A stretch of DNA of 64,000 bases from an uncultured Mycoplasmatota bacterium. GTDB lineage: Bacteria; Bacillota_I; Bacilli_A; RF39; UBA660. The DNA lies in assembly GCA_949288035.1 (NCBI GenBank), contig CASEIJ010000022.1, forward strand, positions 23 to 64,022, read 5' to 3'. The position numbers were made by a program, and so were the translations under genes. Positions 49,028 through 58,191 of this stretch are shown here, piece after piece. Below the pieces are notes generated by a model. It did not search any database. It was not told the DNA's origin and saw only the letters and a list, made by a program, of their open reading frames with translations. How positions within the stretch are numbered: the stretch's first letter is position 1; each line of letters begins with the position of its first letter.

Positions 49028-49369
49028 GTTCTATATCAAAAGTATGAATTGTTTGAATCAATTCACTTTCGGATGTTTACTGGGAAAAAATACACAATTT
49101 AATAAAACATTCAATTGTATTTGATGTATGTTTTGTTTAAGCAATATTTATTAGGAAAATTATTAGGAAACGTGAGATGATTCATTTGATAATAAAAAGA
49201 ATTAGAACAGTAAAATTGTAACAGTAAAATGTTATGATTTTTTTGTTTTTATATTAATTTGTATATATATTTCCAAGCTAATTATGGAAGTTCGAAACAC
49301 AAAAAAATCAAATCCATTTCTGAATTTGATATTTATCACAATGCTCGAAAGTTCGAGCAGATTCATCTC

Positions 49370-49443
49370 TGGAGCAAGTGACGGGAATCGAACCCGCGTC
49401 CTAGCCTTGGCAAGGCCATGTTCTACCATTGAACCACACCTGC
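49370..49443 (-). tRNA. tRNA-Gly(GCC)
   Basis: Reverse complement GCAGGTG..TGGCC-TTGCCAA-GGCTA..GGTTCGATTCC..CACTTGC-T-CCA. Confidence 0.9.
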
Positions 49444-49588
49444 ATATTTCCATTATATGAAATATTTACTTATTTGTAAACTATTTTTTGAATAAATTGT
49501 AATTAATCTGTGATATTGTCATAGTATAATTAACTTTTGAAAATGTCATAGTACTAAGATATAATATTACCTCATTGGAGGTATTCAA

Positions 49589-49666
49589 ATGAAAGGAAGT
49601 CATTATACGATTATGGAATTAAAATCTTTCAATATGATTCAATCTGTTATTGATCAATTATTCTAA
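49589..49666 (+). CDS. Candidate 25-aa small protein (MKGSHYTIMELKSFNMIQSVIDQLF)
   Basis: GGAGG RBS 6-7 nt upstream. Two TATAAT boxes upstream. Hairpin terminator aaagagaga-tat-tctctcttt at 49671-49691. Confidence 0.3.
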   Translation: MKGSHYTIMELKSFNMIQSVIDQLF

Positions 49667-49827
49667 TAAAAAAGAGAGATATTCTCTCTTTTCGGGGGTG
49701 TTATCAAGGTTTTGCCAAACCCACTATATTATATGTCCTTCTTTTTATTTACGTATGTGTGTAACACTAGGGGATACATATTTTTATATATGTTTTCATA
49801 TATTTAAGTGAAAAGGAGGAATTAATC

Positions 49828-50088
49828 ATGGAAACACTAAAAGTTTCATCAAAATCGAACCCAAATTCTGTGGCAGGAGCACTGGCAAATGCGGTGAGAG
49901 AACACGATAATGTAGAGATTCAAGCAATTGGTGCAGGGGCACTGAATCAAGCGATTAAAGCAATTGCGATTGCTCGAGGATTTGTTGCTCCCTCTGGAAA
50001 GAATCTAGTTTGTATTCCTGCATTTACAGATATTGTAATTGATGGGGAAGAAAGAACTGCCATTAAATTAATTGTAGAAAGTAAATAA
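49828..50088 (+). CDS. spoVS: Stage V sporulation protein S
   Basis: METLKVSSKSNPNSVAGALA...IQAIGAGALNQAIKAIAIARGFVAPSG...IPAFTDI.IDGEERTAIKLIVE is near-identical in pattern to B. subtilis SpoVS. Confidence 0.9.
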   Translation: METLKVSSKSNPNSVAGALANAVREHDNVEIQAIGAGALNQAIKAIAIARGFVAPSGKNLVCIPAFTDIVIDGEERTAIKLIVESK

Positions 50089-50175
50089 TACCCATTTGGG
50101 TATTTTTTGTTGATAAAAAGACATTTACAATATAATATAAAATTTAGTATAATAAAATTATATAGGGGTGATTGA

Positions 50176-51330
50176 ATGTTTCGTAGACGTTTTAATAATA
50201 AAAAAATAGATATTGAAAGTGTCAATGGAGCTTTGAGTTTGACCAATAAAATATTAAAGGTCGCATATATTTTAATTGTGATTATTGGTATTTATGCGAT
50301 TACATTGATTGGTAAAGAGTGGAATGTCAAAGAATTTCTATTTACAGTTCTTCGTATTTTATCACCACTTTTTGTAGGAATTGTAATTGCATGGTTATTT
50401 AATCCATTTGTTACATGGTTACAAAAGAAGGGAATACGACGAGGGATTGGAACAACACTGACTTATGCGCTTTTATTTAGTGTTTTATTCTTTATTATGC
50501 AGGCCATTATACCGATGTTAATTGATCAAGTAAATGAGTTTGTAAAAACATTACCAAGTGTTTTTCATACAGTGAAATATTGGATTGATGATATATTTAC
50601 AAGTATTGGGGAATTAGTAAACATGAATACATCTGGTATAGAGAAAGATATTTTTAAGGAAGTTGAAAACTTTGGAACTGGAATTGCAAAAGGATTACCA
50701 CAAATGACACTTAGTTTTGTATCTTCCGTATTCTCAGGAGCAGGAATTATTTTGATTGGTCTTGTCATTGGCTTTTATTTCTTACTTAGATTTGATAGTG
50801 CCGGGGATAGTATCTTTGAACTTGTACCAAAAAGATATCGTAAAGAGACAAAAGAATTATTTAGAACAGTTAATACCTCATTACAACGCTTTGTTCAGGG
50901 CGCATTAATTGACTGTACCGTTGTGTTTGTAGTGACTAGTGTAGGGCTATGGTTGGTTGGATTAAAAGCACCGTTGTTGTTTGGGTTGTTCTGTGGTATT
51001 ACCAATGTCATCCCATATGCAGGGCCATATATTGGAGGTTTTCCAGCTGTCATTGTTGGTTTTGCTCAATCACCAATGATTGGTTTTTTAACATTATTGG
51101 TGATTGTTGTCATTCAATTTGTAGAGGGAAATTTCTTCCAACCATTGATTATGAGTAAGACAACAAAGCTACATCCAGTAACGATTATGGTAGGACTTTT
51201 GGTGTTTGGACATTTCTGGGGAATACTTGGAATGGTAGTATCTACACCAATTATTGCGTCAATTAAATCAATTTTTATGTATTTTGATGAAAAATATGAT
51301 ATACTAGAAGCATCTGAAAGCGAAGAATAA
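50176..51330 (+). CDS. AI-2E family transporter (PerM-like permease)
   Basis: About 8 TM helices. NVIPYAGPYIGGFPAV and QFVEGNFFQPLIMSK motifs. Confidence 0.8.
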   Translation: MFRRRFNNKKIDIESVNGALSLTNKILKVAYILIVIIGIYAITLIGKEWNVKEFLFTVLRILSPLFVGIVIAWLFNPFVTWLQKKGIRRGIGTTLTYALLFSVLFFIMQAIIPMLIDQVNEFVKTLPSVFHTVKYWIDDIFTSIGELVNMNTSGIEKDIFKEVENFGTGIAKGLPQMTLSFVSSVFSGAGIILIGLVIGFYFLLRFDSAGDSIFELVPKRYRKETKELFRTVNTSLQRFVQGALIDCTVVFVVTSVGLWLVGLKAPLLFGLFCGITNVIPYAGPYIGGFPAVIVGFAQSPMIGFLTLLVIVVIQFVEGNFFQPLIMSKTTKLHPVTIMVGLLVFGHFWGILGMVVSTPIIASIKSIFMYFDEKYDILEASESEE

Positions 51331-51351
51331 GAGATATAGATAATTATATTC

Positions 51352-51511
51352 ATTTCAAAAGAGAGTCTATGGGTGGTGGAAATAGATAAATGGAATAATT
51401 ATTTGCTCCTCTTAGAGTGTAAGTAAAGCTTACCGGGGATACCCGTTATCATAATTAAGAACAAATAGGATGGTACCGCGTAATTCGCTCCTAGATTTAC
51501 GTGGTTTTTTT
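51352..51511 (+). promoter_or_regulatory. T-box riboswitch leader with terminator
   Basis: T-box core AATAGGATGGTACCGCG (51464-51480). Terminator ccgcgtaattc-gctccta-gatttacgtgg (51476-51504) plus TTTTTTT. AGAGAG and GGTGG elements of stem I upstream. Candidate GCU specifier at 51405-51407 is not secure. Confidence 0.65.
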
Positions 51512-51525
51512 ATGGGAGGAATCAT

Positions 51526-52083
51526 ATGAAGATAAAAGAAACAATACCACGTATCTATTTAATTTGTGGACGTGCTCGTCATGGGAAAGATGAGATTGCA
51601 AAAGCGATACAAGAATATTATTATAATTTAGATATGGATACGATGAATTTACGTTATGCACATTATATTAAAGAGTATGCGAAAAATATTACTGATTGGG
51701 ATGGTAGAGAAGAAACCAAACCTAGAGCGTTATTACAGATGCTTGGAACTGATATCATTAGAAAGAAAATTGATAATGATTTGTTTATTAAGCGTATGAT
51801 TGATGATGTGGCGGTATATGGATATTTTTTTGATGTGATTACTGTTTCTGATGGACGTTTTGTAGATGAGGTAGTAAAATTAAAAGAAGCGTATCCAAAT
51901 ACGGTTGTGATTCATGTATATCGACCTAATTTTGAGAGTGGGTTAAAGAAAGAAGAACTTGCTCATGCGACAGAACATGGTTTAGATGATTTCCACGATT
52001 ATGATTATGAGATTACTAATGATGGAACGTTAGAAGTTTTAAGAAAGAAAGTGTTTGATATATTAGAAAGGATTGAGAAGTAA
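51526..52083 (+). CDS. P-loop kinase resembling phage-type deoxynucleotide monophosphate kinases
   Basis: IYLICGRARHGKDEIA P-loop, LLQMLGTDIIRK, VSDGRF, HATEHGL. Confidence 0.45.
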   Translation: MKIKETIPRIYLICGRARHGKDEIAKAIQEYYYNLDMDTMNLRYAHYIKEYAKNITDWDGREETKPRALLQMLGTDIIRKKIDNDLFIKRMIDDVAVYGYFFDVITVSDGRFVDEVVKLKEAYPNTVVIHVYRPNFESGLKKEELAHATEHGLDDFHDYDYEITNDGTLEVLRKKVFDILERIEK

Positions 52084-53852
52084 TGAAAGATTTAAAGAAG
52101 TTATATACAGATTTTTTTGTGAGTAAGGGACATGCTTTGATTCCGTCTGCTCCAATTATTCCAGAAAATGATCCTACGTGTTTGTTTAATACAGCAGGGA
52201 TGCAACCACTAGTTCCATATTTATCAGGACAACCACATCCTTTAGGAACTCGTTTAACAGATTATCAGAAGTGTTTTCGTTTAACGGATTTAGATGAGAT
52301 TGGAGATACAACACATCATACTTTCTTTGAGATGTTAGGAAATTGGTCTTTAGGAGATTATTTTAAGAAAGAGAGTATTACATGGAGTTACGAGTTTTTA
52401 ACAAGTGTTTTAAATTTTCCAAAAGAAAGGCTTGCAGTGACTGTTTTTAAAGGGGATGGTATGATTCCAAGAGATGAAGAGAGTGCTAGGTTATGGGAGA
52501 GTTTAGGAATATCTAAAAAACATATTGCTTATCTTGGAAAAGAAGGAAATTGGTGGAGTCTTGGTGGAGGAGTAGGACCATGTGGACCTGATACTGAGAT
52601 TTTCTATTTCCGTAGTGATGATGAGATTCCTGAAGTGTTTGATCCAGAAGATGATCGTTGGGTTGAAATTTGGAATAATGTATTTACACAGTATCAAGGG
52701 AATGGAGATGGAACAGTCACTCCACTTGAGAAGAAGAATGTTGATACTGGTATGGGTGTAGAAAGAGTTACAGCGATACTAGAGGGTGTAAAAGATAATT
52801 ATGAGACGAGTTTATTCCGTGATATTATAAAATATATTGAGGAAGTATCTCATCATGATTATTATGATTTGGATTATCAAAGAGCAATGCGTATTATTGC
52901 TGATCATATGAGAGCAATTACGATTATTAGTGGAGATAATGCGAGAATTGTACCATCGAATACAGATCAAGGATATATTTTAAGACGTTTAATTCGTCGT
53001 GTGATTCGTTATGCAAAGAAGATTGATATTGATATTCATTCTGATTTTGATGTTGAAATTGCTAAGATGTATATTGAACAATTTAAGGGATATTATCACG
53101 AATTAGAGGCAAATCAAGAACATATTATGCAAGTATTAACGAATGAGAAAAAGAAATTTTCACGCACATTGGACAAAGGATTAAGAGAATTTGACAAGAT
53201 TGTATCAAAATTAAATGGGACAGAAATCGATGGGGTGACTGCCTTCCATTTATATGACACGTATGGATTTCCAATTGAGTTAACAGAAGAATTAGCTCAT
53301 GAAAAGAATATGACAGTTGATACCAAGGGATTTGATGAGAAATTTAAAGAACATCAAGAAAAGTCACGTGCTGGTTCAAAAGAACGTTTTAAAGGTGGAT
53401 TACAAAGTGATTCTGAAATGAATATTAAGTATCATACCGCTACCCATCTTTTAAATGCTGCACTAAAAAAAGTGATTGGTCCCGAATCTAATCAAATGGG
53501 TAGTAACATTACTGATGAGAGAATGCGTTTTGATTTCCCTTGTGATCATAAATTAACAGAAGAAGAAAAAAAGCAAGTAGAAGATTTAGTGAATCAATGG
53601 ATTAAAGATTCTATTCCAGTTACACACTATGAAGTATCAAAAGATGAAGCAGTGAAGATGGGTGCAGAAGCACAATTCATAGAACGTTATGGAGACCGTG
53701 TAACAGTATATCAAATTGGAGATGTATCACTAGAAATCTGTGGAGGACCTCACGTGTCTAATACAAGTGAACTTGGACATTTTAAAATAAAAAAGGAAGA
53801 GTCTAGTAGTGCTGGAGTAAGAAGAATTAAAGCAGTATTAACAAGTGAATAA
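52083..53852 (+). CDS. alaS: Alanine--tRNA ligase, compact form (catalytic, tRNA-recognition and editing domains; no C-Ala domain)
   Basis: FNTAGMQPL, HHTFFEMLGNWSLGDYFK, editing-site HTATHLL and CGGPHV. 589 aa. TAATG overlap with the upstream kinase gene. Confidence 0.8.
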   Translation: MKDLKKLYTDFFVSKGHALIPSAPIIPENDPTCLFNTAGMQPLVPYLSGQPHPLGTRLTDYQKCFRLTDLDEIGDTTHHTFFEMLGNWSLGDYFKKESITWSYEFLTSVLNFPKERLAVTVFKGDGMIPRDEESARLWESLGISKKHIAYLGKEGNWWSLGGGVGPCGPDTEIFYFRSDDEIPEVFDPEDDRWVEIWNNVFTQYQGNGDGTVTPLEKKNVDTGMGVERVTAILEGVKDNYETSLFRDIIKYIEEVSHHDYYDLDYQRAMRIIADHMRAITIISGDNARIVPSNTDQGYILRRLIRRVIRYAKKIDIDIHSDFDVEIAKMYIEQFKGYYHELEANQEHIMQVLTNEKKKFSRTLDKGLREFDKIVSKLNGTEIDGVTAFHLYDTYGFPIELTEELAHEKNMTVDTKGFDEKFKEHQEKSRAGSKERFKGGLQSDSEMNIKYHTATHLLNAALKKVIGPESNQMGSNITDERMRFDFPCDHKLTEEEKKQVEDLVNQWIKDSIPVTHYEVSKDEAVKMGAEAQFIERYGDRVTVYQIGDVSLEICGGPHVSNTSELGHFKIKKEESSSAGVRRIKAVLTSE

Positions 53853-53880
53853 AAGTCAGTTTCAAAAACTGACTTTTTTG
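53852..53880 (+). terminator. Intrinsic terminator after alaS
   Basis: agtcagtt-tcaaa-aactgact followed by TTTTTT. Confidence 0.7.
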
Positions 53881-53912
53881 TATATAATATAGTTATTCGG
53901 GGAGGTACGACT

Positions 53913-54503
53913 ATGGGTAAGATTTCTCACGCAATTCAGATGTTAAATTATCTTAATACAGGAAATAAGTATACAGTAAAAGAATTATCTCAAAAACTGG
54001 GTATTACAGAACGCATGGTTAGATATTATAAACAAGAATTAGAAGCAGATGGTATTCCCATTGAAACTTTTATGGGACCAAATGGTGGCTATTATATGAT
54101 CCAAAGAAAAAGTATATATCATCAATTTAATAAATATGATATAGAGTTATTAGAAGATATTTCAGGAATATTAAAAGAATCTAATTATATGTACTTTGAT
54201 AAATACGAGAAATTAGTCCATCGAATAAAACATGTGTATGATGTGGAAGAGGAAAGAAGTAAATATTTTATTGTAAACGGAATTTCCAACCAATCTGACA
54301 TTTATCGTCTATTAACGGAAGCGATACAAAATCATAAAAGAGTATTAATTTTATATCAGAATTTGAAGAGACAGTGGAAAGAAAGATATATTCATCCTAT
54401 TCAAATTTTTGAATATGATCATCGTTTTTATGTAACTGCTTTTTGTGAGTTGAGAAATGATATTAGACACTTTGAATTTAGTAGAATGAAAATTGTTGAG
54501 TGA
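53913..54503 (+). CDS. HTH plus WYL-domain transcriptional regulator (YafY/BrxR/CapW-like architecture, short form)
   Basis: N-terminal wHTH YTVKELSQKLGITERMVRYYKQELEADGIPIE. C-terminal WYL-like KRVLILYQN...ERYIHPIQIFEYDHRFYVTAFCELRNDIRHFEFSRM. Confidence 0.7.
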   Translation: MGKISHAIQMLNYLNTGNKYTVKELSQKLGITERMVRYYKQELEADGIPIETFMGPNGGYYMIQRKSIYHQFNKYDIELLEDISGILKESNYMYFDKYEKLVHRIKHVYDVEEERSKYFIVNGISNQSDIYRLLTEAIQNHKRVLILYQNLKRQWKERYIHPIQIFEYDHRFYVTAFCELRNDIRHFEFSRMKIVE

Positions 54504-54613
54504 ATGTAAGAAGGAATATTTTATTTCTTTTTTTAATTAAGACATAATATTTCCTATATATTTGATATGATAAAGATAACAAATAACAGAGCATGTTTAG
54601 AAAGGAATATATA

Positions 54614-56578
54614 ATGAGTGTAGTCGGGGTAGGAGATTTAGTTACAGATTTTTATTATAAAAATGGAAAATTGGTTGGAATAAACGGAGGAATGACTTCC
54701 CACAACATAATCGCGAATATTGCTAAGTTAGGTTTTGAAACATCTGTTTATGGTGTTTGTGGAAATGATATGGCAGGTATTATAGCACGAGATAGTTTAA
54801 AGGAAGTAGGAACGAATATTGATGATGTAAAAATCATTGATGACATCAATACACGTTGTTTTCACGTGTCATATCAAGAGTTAAATGGTAAATTGGAATT
54901 CACATCTAAAAAACGATGTCCGATTTGTAAAGTAAAAAGATGGTATGATGAAAGTAAAATAGATGTGAAAGAAATCTTAAAACAAATTCATGAAGATGAT
55001 GTTTTGGTTTTTGATAATTTAAATGAGAAAAATCAAATGATTATAGATCATTGTGATAATAGAAAAATGTTGGACTTGGGACAATACTTTGAATTGGAAA
55101 ATTATAGTGATGATGAAATTGTTAAAAAAATGAAAAATAAATTTGATTTTATCAACTTAAATGAACGAGTTGAGAAATATTTAAAAAGTAGATTTTCTCT
55201 ACAGACGTTAGAAGAAATATATTGTATATTACAGCCGAAAATGATCATTGTTACTAGAGGAAAAAAAGGCTCAGATTTCGTTTTTGACGATCATAAAATA
55301 AACAAAATATTAAGTAACCCATCAATGGAAATTGATCCAACAGGTGCTGGTGATGCATTTTTCGCAACGTTTATTAGTGAGTATGTAAAAAATAACTATA
55401 TGATTGATGATGAGTTTATAGATTCCACTTTTGAAAAAGCTACTAAACTTACAACCCAAGTTGTAAAAAAGTTTGGAGCAAGAGGACATATTCAATCTTT
55501 GTATAAAATAAAAAAAGTAAAAGAGAAGTGTACTTGTGAAGATTTTGAACCAGTCGTTCGTAAACAGATAAAAAGATGCAGCATTAATGTCAATCATTTA
55601 GAAGCAAGAATCATTCATGCTGTGAATAGTAGTGCTTATGATAGATTAGTTAAAATTGATTTTAAAAGTTTAAATCATAGTATTTTTGTGGGAACAGGTG
55701 GATCTTTTGCTGGGGCAAAGTTTTCATCTAAACTGATTAATCAGTTGTATGGAACAAATACAATTGCATTATATCCTAGAGATTTATATTATAGAAACAA
55801 TCATAGTGTAGATGCAGTATTTTTATTTACTTATTCTGGGACAACAAATGATTTGATTATATCATCAAGTTTCATAGATAATAATAAAAAATACATTATA
55901 ACAAAAGGTGAATTACAAAAAATTGTTACTAAAACGGGAATATCTAAAAATAATATTGTTTCATATCGGACAAATGCAAATAAAGGAAAAGAAAGAGGCT
56001 TTTTATCATTTGAAGGTGCTTTAGCTCCTGCTAGTTTATTTTTAAAACTATATTTTGAAAATAAATCACGAAATGATATTGAAGATTTTATCAAAGATAG
56101 TATAAACTATTGGAAAAAATATTTTGATAAATATTTTAAAGAAAATAAGAAAGTGCTAAAAAAATTTTTAAAAGAAGGAAATAGTTTTAATATTTTTACA
56201 GGAGACTTCACAGAATCTGCAGCTAGTGATTTAGAAAGTAAAATAATCGAGTCAGGTATATACAATTGTTTAATTCACGAAAAGAAAAATTTTTCACATG
56301 GAAGATTTATTAATTATGAGCATTTAAGTTGCAAGAAAAATATTTATTTTAAACAAAAAACTACAAGTTCATATGAACAAAAATTATTGGAATACTTAAA
56401 AAAGGATGAAAATTTAATGATAGAAAGTAGATATGATGGTATTTTATGTGAATATGATTTATTAGTTGCATCACAGTATTTAATTTATGCTATTTCTAAT
56501 TTTATTGATATTGATTGTTCTAAACCAACATATAGTGAAAATGCAATGAAAATTTATTTTTACAAAGGAAGTCTATAA
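54614..56578 (+). CDS. Fusion protein: PfkB-family (ribokinase-like) kinase with CxxC insertion plus C-terminal double SIS (phosphosugar-binding) domain
   Basis: GVGDLVTDFY and DPTGAGDAFFATF (PfkB signatures). KKRCPICKVKRW insert. SIS-like VGTGGSFAGAKF and LFTYSGTTNDLI. ATG at 54614 is preferred (AAAGGA RBS); the ORF-track start is 54593. Confidence 0.7.
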   Translation: MSVVGVGDLVTDFYYKNGKLVGINGGMTSHNIIANIAKLGFETSVYGVCGNDMAGIIARDSLKEVGTNIDDVKIIDDINTRCFHVSYQELNGKLEFTSKKRCPICKVKRWYDESKIDVKEILKQIHEDDVLVFDNLNEKNQMIIDHCDNRKMLDLGQYFELENYSDDEIVKKMKNKFDFINLNERVEKYLKSRFSLQTLEEIYCILQPKMIIVTRGKKGSDFVFDDHKINKILSNPSMEIDPTGAGDAFFATFISEYVKNNYMIDDEFIDSTFEKATKLTTQVVKKFGARGHIQSLYKIKKVKEKCTCEDFEPVVRKQIKRCSINVNHLEARIIHAVNSSAYDRLVKIDFKSLNHSIFVGTGGSFAGAKFSSKLINQLYGTNTIALYPRDLYYRNNHSVDAVFLFTYSGTTNDLIISSSFIDNNKKYIITKGELQKIVTKTGISKNNIVSYRTNANKGKERGFLSFEGALAPASLFLKLYFENKSRNDIEDFIKDSINYWKKYFDKYFKENKKVLKKFLKEGNSFNIFTGDFTESAASDLESKIIESGIYNCLIHEKKNFSHGRFINYEHLSCKKNIYFKQKTTSSYEQKLLEYLKKDENLMIESRYDGILCEYDLLVASQYLIYAISNFIDIDCSKPTYSENAMKIYFYKGSL

Positions 56579-56610
56579 AAAATATGCGATTTATTTCGCA
56601 TATTTTTTTA
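56577..56610. terminator. Bidirectional hairpin between convergent island genes
   Basis: aatatgcga-tttatt-tcgcatatt (56581-56604), flanked by an A-run and a T-run. Confidence 0.6.
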
Positions 56611-57091
56611 ATTTTTGTTTATCTTTTTGAATATTTTCACTGGATAATTGATGTAGTTGTTCTTGTAAAGATTTACGATAGATAGCTGAGTATAGATTTG
56701 GAGATATTGTCATGTTAGGACATGATACTTTCTTTTCTCCCACTTGAATTTGATATTCTTGAAAATGATTTGTATCATCTATGATAATATAATCACATGG
56801 AATCTCTTGAATTCTATCATGTGTTGGTAGTTCATAAAAATAGTGACTTGGTTTTTCTTGATATTGTTGTACAGTCATATAAAAAATATTAAATTTAAAT
56901 TTTTCTAAGATGGTTCTTTCATAGTATTGTTTTAATTTAAATAATTCTTCTGGATAAAGTTGGTTTACATTGATACTATTTGTATCTTTGTCCATGTGTA
57001 AATTACAAAATTTAGATAATTGATCCTCTGCTTTTTCTACATTTTCTTTTAATCTTTTATATTCATTTAAGATGATGTCATTTGTTTCCAT
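56591..57091 (-). CDS. Hypothetical protein (coiled-coil N-part)
   Basis: 166-aa ORF with a GGGAGG RBS on the minus strand. No recognisable motif. Confidence 0.5.
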   Translation of the reverse strand: METNDIILNEYKRLKENVEKAEDQLSKFCNLHMDKDTNSINVNQLYPEELFKLKQYYERTILEKFKFNIFYMTVQQYQEKPSHYFYELPTHDRIQEIPCDYIIIDDTNHFQEYQIQVGEKKVSCPNMTISPNLYSAIYRKSLQEQLHQLSSENIQKDKQKLKKYAK

Positions 57092-57203
57092 ATTTATACC
57101 TCCCTAAAGATTGTATCATATTTCTTTGAAATTCTGATAATTAGATTGCAATCAATGTCGAAACATGTTAAAATAAAGACGTATTCATAAAGTAGGTGAG
57201 ACT

Positions 57204-57452
57204 ATGAAAGAAGAAACAAAAGTATATCACATCGAGGATATTAGAGAAGGACTCATTGGTGATTGTATTACGAAAGTAATTGCAATCTTAGAAGAGCGTG
57301 GTTATGATGCAATGACACAACTAGTAGGGTATTTAATGAGTGGAGATCCTGGTTATATTACGAGTCATAAAGAGGCACGTAATATGATTATGCGTTATGA
57401 TCGTGCTGAAATATTAGAGTTTTTAATTCATCATTATATGGATCATCGATGA
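57204..57452 (+). CDS. ireB: IreB-family regulatory phosphoprotein (UPF0297)
   Basis: VIAILEERGYDAMTQLVGYLMSGDPGYITSHKEARNMI. Confidence 0.75.
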   Translation: MKEETKVYHIEDIREGLIGDCITKVIAILEERGYDAMTQLVGYLMSGDPGYITSHKEARNMIMRYDRAEILEFLIHHYMDHR

Positions 57453-57868
57453 GAGTTTTAGGATTAGATTTAGGTACTAGAACGCTTGGTTTAGCCATTT
57501 CAGACGAAACAAAGACAATTGCTACGCCTCTTTATACGATTCGGTATGAAGAAGAGGATTATGAGCATTTATTTGATGAATTACAAAAAGTGTTGAATGA
57601 GTTTTCCATTGAAAAATTTGTTTTAGGATTACCTAAAAATATGGATAATAGTATGGGAGAACATGCACTCTTGTCAGTAGATTTTAAAGAGAAGTTAGAA
57701 GAGAGATTTCAGTTACCTGTTATTTTACAAGATGAGAGGTTGACGACTGTAGAAGCAACAAATTATATGGTGAAGTTTGATATATCTAGAAAAAAAAGAA
57801 AGAAGAAAATAGATAGTTTGGCTGCTAATATTATATTACAAACTTATCTAGATAAAGGGAGGATTTAA
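57449..57868 (+). CDS. ruvX: Putative pre-16S rRNA nuclease / Holliday junction resolvase-like YqgF
   Basis: MRVLGLDLGTRTLGLAISDE..., DERLTTVEA. Confidence 0.85.
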   Translation: MRVLGLDLGTRTLGLAISDETKTIATPLYTIRYEEEDYEHLFDELQKVLNEFSIEKFVLGLPKNMDNSMGEHALLSVDFKEKLEERFQLPVILQDERLTTVEATNYMVKFDISRKKRKKKIDSLAANIILQTYLDKGRI

Positions 57869-57870
57869 GT

Positions 57871-58173
57871 ATGCAAGAAGAAAAAATGACATTTAAAGTA
57901 AAAGGTCAAGATGGAAAAGAAGTAGAGTGCGAAGTATTATTTACATTTGAAAGTGAAGAAACAAAGAAAAATTATATGGTGTATACAGATAATACTGTAG
58001 ATGAAAATGGAAATACAAAGGTGTATGCTTCTATTTATACACCAAATACAAAAACAACGATGTTAGAACCAATTGAAACAGAAAAAGAATGGAAAATTAT
58101 TCAAACAATATTAGATGAATTACAAGCATCTGCTAGAGAAGAAGCAAATCAAGAAGGAAACGAGCAAGCATAA
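57871..58173 (+). CDS. DUF1292-family protein (YrzB-like)
   Basis: ECEVLFTFESEETKKNYMVYTDN. Position after ruvX matches B. subtilis yrzB. Confidence 0.7.
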   Translation: MQEEKMTFKVKGQDGKEVECEVLFTFESEETKKNYMVYTDNTVDENGNTKVYASIYTPNTKTTMLEPIETEKEWKIIQTILDELQASAREEANQEGNEQA

Positions 58174-58191
58174 AGCTCGTTTTTGGTGTGT

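Noticed and set aside
49232-49453. 73-aa minus-strand ORF
   Set aside because: Its 5' part is the tRNA-Gly(GCC) gene (49370-49443) and the rest is AT-rich spacer. There is no RBS.
51405-51407. Assigning GCU as the T-box specifier codon
   Set aside because: It is the only Ala codon in the plausible specifier region. However, it is followed by C rather than the usual purine, and I could not fold stem I reliably by hand. It is left as tentative.
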